In this document: positions 59,023 through 64,000 of the stretch, in pieces | Layout: every line of letters starts with the position of its first letter | Numbering within the stretch: position 1 is the first letter of the stretch | Assembly (NCBI GenBank): GCA_019358915.1 | Contig: JAHHIM010000017.1 | Location: forward strand, 24,107-88,106 | Reading direction: 5' to 3' | Length of the DNA stretch: 64,000 nucleotides | DNA from: Trichormus sp. ATA11-4-KO1 | GTDB lineage: Bacteria; Cyanobacteriota; Cyanobacteriia; Cyanobacteriales; Nostocaceae | The notes under the pieces: generated by a model | The model's input: the letters and a program-made list of their open reading frames with translations, nothing else | What the model was told of the DNA's origin: nothing | Databases searched by the model: none | Position numbers and translations under genes: made by a program

Positions 59023-61368
59023 TTACAAAGAATTCATATGACTATTAATCATCGTCAAAATGGTAGAAAGAGGTACTTCAGCAAAATAATTTTGCTGAAA
59101 TTGTTCTTCGCTGATGGCGGCTAAAAATTTGGTTATGGCTGCATCGGTAACGGTTGCTGCTGTGACGCTGGGATGCCAACTAATTTGTAAATCATGGTCT
59201 TGTGATTTAACTGTGAATCCCAAACATTTTAAAGCTTGGATTCCTGAAAATAAGGTTTGATCACGAATGCCGAGTTTCTTTAAAAGTTGGACACGAGCAA
59301 CTGATTGATTTGTTCGACTGAGATATTTAGCAATACCAACTAAGGTTAGCCAAATTTGGCTTGGTGGTTGGTGATTGGGTTTAGACCAAGCAAGGGCTAA
59401 TTGTTGATTATTGTAAAGCGATCGCCGTAACCATATACGTAAATCATCCCAACTCGTGGGACAATCTTCAATTAGGAGTGCTGAGTGCTGAGTGCTGAGT
59501 GCTGAGTTGAGTTCTGAGTATTTTTTAATGGGAAAGTCGCGCCAGTCTGATACAAGTGGTGTGTTTTGAGTGCCCAGTTCTGAGTTAGCAGCAGGACGCA
59601 CGGCAATTACTCTAATTTCATAGCGTTTTTTGCAGGTATTGTAGTCCAGTTCTGCGATGCAATCACATTTACCTAAGGGCAAATCCTCTTTATAATGTCC
59701 CCACCAAATACCCGGAAAAGGACTTTTCGTAGAATTATCTCGAATATCAAACTCGGTTTTAATGTACTGTACCTTTTTTCCTTGCCAATCCTGCTGATTG
59801 CGATGCCAAGCATTTTCAAACCAGCAATTTTGAATTAGCAGTTTCGGGACAGGGTTTCCCATTCCACAAGGTTCTAATAGTTTTAGTTCTAAAAACAACT
59901 CTTTTCCCAAGTCTGCAACTGTTACTGTCAAATCAGCTTGCACAGTTGGCGTGAGAGTTGTTCCGCCTAAAGATTGCCGCAACTGCTGATTAATGGCGGC
60001 TGTAAATAAAGGAATATTTTCCACTAATAAACTCAAACCTGCGGCAAAAGGATGTCCGCCAAAGCTATGTAACAAATGTGCTTGTTCTTTGACTAATTGG
60101 TATAAATCGACCGAATTCACTGAACGGGCGGAACCACGGGCTAGGGGAGTAGGGGCGGAATTTTCCCCATTCCCTTCTGTACTCAACAAAATTGTGGGGC
60201 GGCCGGTTTCTTGGGCTATTTGTCCAGCGACTAAACCCAAAACACCTGCGGTCCATTGAGAATCTTCTAGGACAATGACGCTGGTGGTTGACAAGTCTAA
60301 CTGGGAGAGTTTGTTTGTTACTTGGGCTTGTACATCTTTTTGTAAAGACTTGCGGCGGGCGTTGGCAAGTTCTGTGACTTCGGCTAGTTGATAGCAATGT
60401 TTGGTATCGCGGCTTGTTAATAACTCTACGCAAAAGCTGGCATCGCCTTGGATGCGGCTGACAGCATTAATTCTTGGACCCAAACCAAAGGAAATATCTG
60501 TGGGGCGATCGCCATTTTTCTGGCATAATTCTAATAATCGCCCTACCCCTGGCCGTCGTCGTGCTGCTACTGGTTGCTGAAAATCTGCTTGCAGCCTTTG
60601 AATTCCTAATTGTGCCAAGTAGCGACAATCTCCACTGAGCTGCACCAAGTCAGCAATTAATCCTACTGCGACTAAATCTAATAAATCTGTTAATGGATTT
60701 TTGGGGATATTAGGTAGAGTTTGATAAAGGGCTTCTACTAATTTGTAAGCTACTGCTACCCCAGAAAGATGAAATAATTGATGTTCGTTTGGTAAATATC
60801 GGGGATTGATAATTGCTGTAACTGGTGGGCGTTCTTCTGGTAAGGTGTGGTGGTCTGTAATTATCACATCTATACCTAACTTTTTAGCATAGATAATTTC
60901 CTGAATATTGGTGCTGCCTGTGTCACAAGTAATAATTAAGTTACAATCTTGTTTTTGTAAGTTATCAATTCCTGAATAATTAAGTCCGTGGGATTCTTTG
61001 AGGCGATTAGGAATATAGTAGATTAACTGAGTATTTTGCCTAAAAAACTGTCCTAGCCCATCCCACAAAACAGCAGTAGCAGTAATACCATCAGCATCAA
61101 AATCTCCCCAAATAGCAATTTTTTCACCAGCTTGACGGGCTTTTTGCAATCGTTCCATTGCTAAATGCATTTCTTGTCCAAACTCAAAGGGACTGGCTGG
61201 TTGATAAGCCTGATGATTAGTAAAAGCTGCTAATTGTTGATAATCTTTAATTCCCCGTTGCCATAATAATTGTGCTGCATACAATCCACTAGATGCGGGT
61301 GTATACTCTTTCACTGCTTGGATAAACCAGTCCGGTGGTTGTTCAGTCGTTGCTAGAATCCACTGCAT
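59023..61368 (-). CDS. recJ: ssDNA-specific exonuclease RecJ
   Basis: GDFDADG, TDHH, GLIAD, PRINA, GSARS, GGHPFAAG; ATG 61368. Confidence 0.95.
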   Translation of the reverse strand: MQWILATTEQPPDWFIQAVKEYTPASSGLYAAQLLWQRGIKDYQQLAAFTNHQAYQPASPFEFGQEMHLAMERLQKARQAGEKIAIWGDFDADGITATAVLWDGLGQFFRQNTQLIYYIPNRLKESHGLNYSGIDNLQKQDCNLIITCDTGSTNIQEIIYAKKLGIDVIITDHHTLPEERPPVTAIINPRYLPNEHQLFHLSGVAVAYKLVEALYQTLPNIPKNPLTDLLDLVAVGLIADLVQLSGDCRYLAQLGIQRLQADFQQPVAARRRPGVGRLLELCQKNGDRPTDISFGLGPRINAVSRIQGDASFCVELLTSRDTKHCYQLAEVTELANARRKSLQKDVQAQVTNKLSQLDLSTTSVIVLEDSQWTAGVLGLVAGQIAQETGRPTILLSTEGNGENSAPTPLARGSARSVNSVDLYQLVKEQAHLLHSFGGHPFAAGLSLLVENIPLFTAAINQQLRQSLGGTTLTPTVQADLTVTVADLGKELFLELKLLEPCGMGNPVPKLLIQNCWFENAWHRNQQDWQGKKVQYIKTEFDIRDNSTKSPFPGIWWGHYKEDLPLGKCDCIAELDYNTCKKRYEIRVIAVRPAANSELGTQNTPLVSDWRDFPIKKYSELNSALSTQHSALLIEDCPTSWDDLRIWLRRSLYNNQQLALAWSKPNHQPPSQIWLTLVGIAKYLSRTNQSVARVQLLKKLGIRDQTLFSGIQALKCLGFTVKSQDHDLQISWHPSVTAATVTDAAITKFLAAISEEQFQQNYFAEVPLSTILTMINSHMNSL
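59476..59519. repeat. STRR (GAGTGCT)x4 within the recJ coding sequence
   Basis: Translated in frame as SELNSALSTQHSALL. Confidence 0.8.
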
Positions 61369-61416
61369 TGCGAAATTAAAAATTAACACATCTGGAAAAC
61401 TTAGTTTTAATAAAGT

Positions 61417-62046
61417 TTATTCATCGGTTGTTTGAGTTTCACCTACTAAAGGATTCAGGATAACTTCATTCGCAATCCCATCAGGTTTGCGGGCGCGGAG
61501 TGCCGGACGAGTTCTTCTATAACCTGCTCTTTCAGCCTTTTGGTGTTCGTAATCAATTAGTCTACCATAATGTTCATGTTTGCTTAAATTCATCGATAAG
61601 AAAATATGCTGACGGATATTACCAAAACCCTTCCGGTTGAAAAACTTTAATGCTGGGGTATTGGTGGGATCAGTATCTACCAACATAAATCTTGCTCCAT
61701 CTTCAATCATGCGGGCGACGACTTTATCAACCAACTTATCTGCTACTCCCCGACGTTGAAACTGAGGATTAACAGCTAACCACAAAATGTAACCGTAAGT
61801 CCAAGATGCTTTAGTAATAATGGTTCCTAAAATAAAACCTGCTAGTTCACCATCTGTTTCAGCTACGAGGCAATATTCTGGATCTGTATTATAAAGTCCA
61901 ATCACCTCCCATTCATCCCAAGTGCGGTATAAATAAGGATATAAATCGCTAGTAAATAGCTTTTCTCCTAAGTGGTAAACAGGAGAAATATCATCAATTC
62001 CTAATTCACGGACATAAATTAACTCAGTTTTATCAAAGTTTGTCAT
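61417..62046 (-). CDS. GNAT family N-acetyltransferase
   Basis: LAVNPQFQRRGVADKL, N.PALKFF..KGF. Confidence 0.9.
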   Translation of the reverse strand: MTNFDKTELIYVRELGIDDISPVYHLGEKLFTSDLYPYLYRTWDEWEVIGLYNTDPEYCLVAETDGELAGFILGTIITKASWTYGYILWLAVNPQFQRRGVADKLVDKVVARMIEDGARFMLVDTDPTNTPALKFFNRKGFGNIRQHIFLSMNLSKHEHYGRLIDYEHQKAERAGYRRTRPALRARKPDGIANEVILNPLVGETQTTDE

Positions 62047-62398
62047 AGCTATTTAAGTTGTAATAATTTGCAGTTAATCCTTAAAGAATCTGAGATAATT
62101 TACGGTTAATTAAACTAAATAAAAAATGTTTGCTCGTAGTCAGGACTTTAGTCCTGGATTGAGGGAATCTAGACGCGTAGCGGTTCTTGCAGAGTAGCCC
62201 CCACTACAAAATTTTTATTATGGGTAATTTGGTGGACATCATATGAACTATAAAAGTCCCAAATCATTGAAAGCTCCTCTCTTATGTTGGCAGCTTTGCG
62301 GTATGGTTTCATGCACACTACACGCACGATAAAAATTATATTTGTGAAAAAAAGATTGTCAGTAAATCCTATTTATCGAAATAAGAAAATACATATAT

Positions 62399-63199
62399 TC
62401 AAAGTGATACTTCTTGAATATTGGTAAAATCTGGTAAGGGTTTTTTCATCATTTCTTCATTAAGTTGGATACGTTCACATCTGACAGCAAATTGACAATA
62501 ATCACAAGTTTTACTATTCTCTGGTACTTGCGGAAATAACTCATTCTCTTGGTAATTTTCTAGCCAATTAGTTAACTGAATTAACAGTTGATTAAGTTTC
62601 TTTGCTATTTGTTGGTGCTTAGTAGCATTGTAGCTAAATTTAATATTTTGCGGCTTGCCTTGAGATTGAACAAACCAATAAGTCATGGAAATATTTGCTG
62701 GCAAGTAGGCGCTGGTTTCAGCTAACATATACATATAAAGACGAGTTTGCCAGTTCTGTTCTAACTTCTTGGGATTTGGTGGTTGAGGATAAGTTTTCCA
62801 ATCAAGAATTTGTGCTTGCTGATTATCTGCAATCAATAAATCATAGACAACTGTCAGCAAATAACCTTGAATTTGCAGTGTGCGGTAATGTTCACTTTCA
62901 CGGAAAATTTGGTTATCGCTTGCAGGCGTTAAAATTTCTGGTGCTGCATGAGTAAAAGCTGACATCCAGCTTTGCAGCTGAGCATCCGCTTGCAGGAAAC
63001 TATCAATTGGCAAACCCATTTCTCGCTGTTGCATCAGCAAGTGAAAGCGACTACCTAAGATTTGGTGTTCTTCGTGTTCTGGATCTGAGGGTGAATTGAG
63101 TTGTTCTAAGTAGGTGTGTTGAAATTTACGCGGACAGGCTTCGAGTAAATTAAGATGCCCTTGCGATAGTCGTAATAGTTGAGTGGGAGTGGATAGCAT
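62399..63199 (-). CDS. PD-(D/E)XK nuclease family protein (RecB/Cas4-like, Cys cluster)
   Basis: LS..HL..L..CPRKF, YDLL....ILDWKT, Q..LY, C..C.F...C. Confidence 0.88.
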   Translation of the reverse strand: MLSTPTQLLRLSQGHLNLLEACPRKFQHTYLEQLNSPSDPEHEEHQILGSRFHLLMQQREMGLPIDSFLQADAQLQSWMSAFTHAAPEILTPASDNQIFRESEHYRTLQIQGYLLTVVYDLLIADNQQAQILDWKTYPQPPNPKKLEQNWQTRLYMYMLAETSAYLPANISMTYWFVQSQGKPQNIKFSYNATKHQQIAKKLNQLLIQLTNWLENYQENELFPQVPENSKTCDYCQFAVRCERIQLNEEMMKKPLPDFTNIQEVSL

Positions 63200-63269
63200 C
63201 CTTCTATTTTAGAAGCGATCGCACCAGTCCAACTCACCTTCAGTCAGCTATATTTGCCAGTTAGTAGAC

Positions 63270-63491
63270 CTATTCTTGAACTGCATCATCTGCTTGAGCA
63301 TTAGACTGTTTAATTGTCCTTTGGGACTTGAACGAGCCAAAGCTATAAGCCATCGCTATTTTTACGATGTCAAAATATGCAGGATGATTATCTTTATTGA
63401 CGATCGCCAAAGAAATCGACCCCGCAACTAATATGACTAAAATTGGTGCAAGTGTTTCTTCTCTAGAGCCGCTACTTTTGTGGTTTGACAT
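63270..63491 (-). CDS. Small hypothetical membrane protein
   Basis: MSNHKSS start; one or two hydrophobic segments. Confidence 0.45.
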   Translation of the reverse strand: MSNHKSSGSREETLAPILVILVAGSISLAIVNKDNHPAYFDIVKIAMAYSFGSFKSQRTIKQSNAQADDAVQE

Positions 63492-63602
63492 GATATAATC
63501 CCCTTGTGTGAGGCTTATAGCTAAAAAATTAGCTATAAGCGAGTGATTGAATTTCGGCATGAGTATGTAACAGCAAGCTTGGTGTTGATAAAAAGAGTAA
63601 AA

Positions 63603-63842
63603 TTAACCCCAAGACTCGAGCATGATGGCGATCGCAAACACACACAATAAAGAAACTGCTATCCGCACAATCCATATCCATAGTCTTGGAGATAACAGTA
63701 TCCCCACAATTGAGACAGCGCCAAATATTTGAGATATCACAAAAGCGATCGCAAAACCCAGCAAAGTCAGCAGAAAATACTTGAGTCCTCTACAAGCCCA
63801 CTTAAACAGTAAATTCTGGTCATTGTTGAAATTGAAATTCAT
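63603..63842 (-). CDS. Small hypothetical membrane protein
   Basis: 79 aa, two hydrophobic helices, AGGA RBS. Confidence 0.6.
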   Translation of the reverse strand: MNFNFNNDQNLLFKWACRGLKYFLLTLLGFAIAFVISQIFGAVSIVGILLSPRLWIWIVRIAVSLLCVFAIAIMLESWG

Positions 63843-63874
63843 ATTTTTTGTCCTGTTTTGAGAGTTAAATCTAA

Positions 63875-64000
63875 GAGGATGTTTGAAAAGTTTTAGGGAG
63901 TCAAAAATTAAGCCAATCGCTTCACCATAATACGGATCATTGCAAGGTAGAGAAAGGTTTCTGAAGTTTCGGGCAATAATTCATAATCTCTGGCCAATCG
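63875..64000 (-). mobile_element. End of an IS5-family (IS1031-like) element; transposase C-terminus at 63908-64000
   Basis: Manual translation RLARDYELLPETSETFLYLAMIRIMVKRLA*; terminal GAGGATGTTTGAAAAGT preceded by TAA. Confidence 0.85.

Overview
64 kb from a filamentous, probably heterocyst-forming cyanobacterium (Nostocales-like): frequent HIP1 GCGATCGC sites, STRR heptamer repeats, psaC and PAM68. Family calls come from motif recognition only; no database searches were run. (1) 1-5.3 kb: edge of a contractile injection system (eCIS/tCIS) locus, with a sheath gene and two Pvc16/DUF4255 genes bracketing a two-component system. (2) 7.8-17.2 kb: fmt, psaC, glmS and a pstSCAB operon preceded by a deleted remnant of an earlier pstS. 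(3) 17.2-29.4 kb: accessory island with gene debris and an orphan-type biosynthetic cluster (desaturase, solitary EctC, GNAT, flavin halogenase, Old Yellow Enzyme, SGNH hydrolase). (4) Main finding, 31110-45713: a 14,503-bp integrated element bounded by exact 101-bp direct repeats at the 5' end of an amidohydrolase gene. It carries a tyrosine integrase with arm-type sites, an RHH/operator switch, a duplicated structured leader, a DUF3854-VapE primase-helicase with internal iterons, and a tightly coupled virion-like module including a collagen/coiled-coil fibre. I recognise no terminase, portal, HK97 capsid or packaging ATPase, so it is a candidate uncharacterised temperate virus or satellite of cyanobacteria. 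(5) 45.9-64 kb: core genes (scpA, cugP, speA, ndk, rpsO, aroF, tyrA, recJ), MITE/STRR repeats and the end of an IS5-family element.
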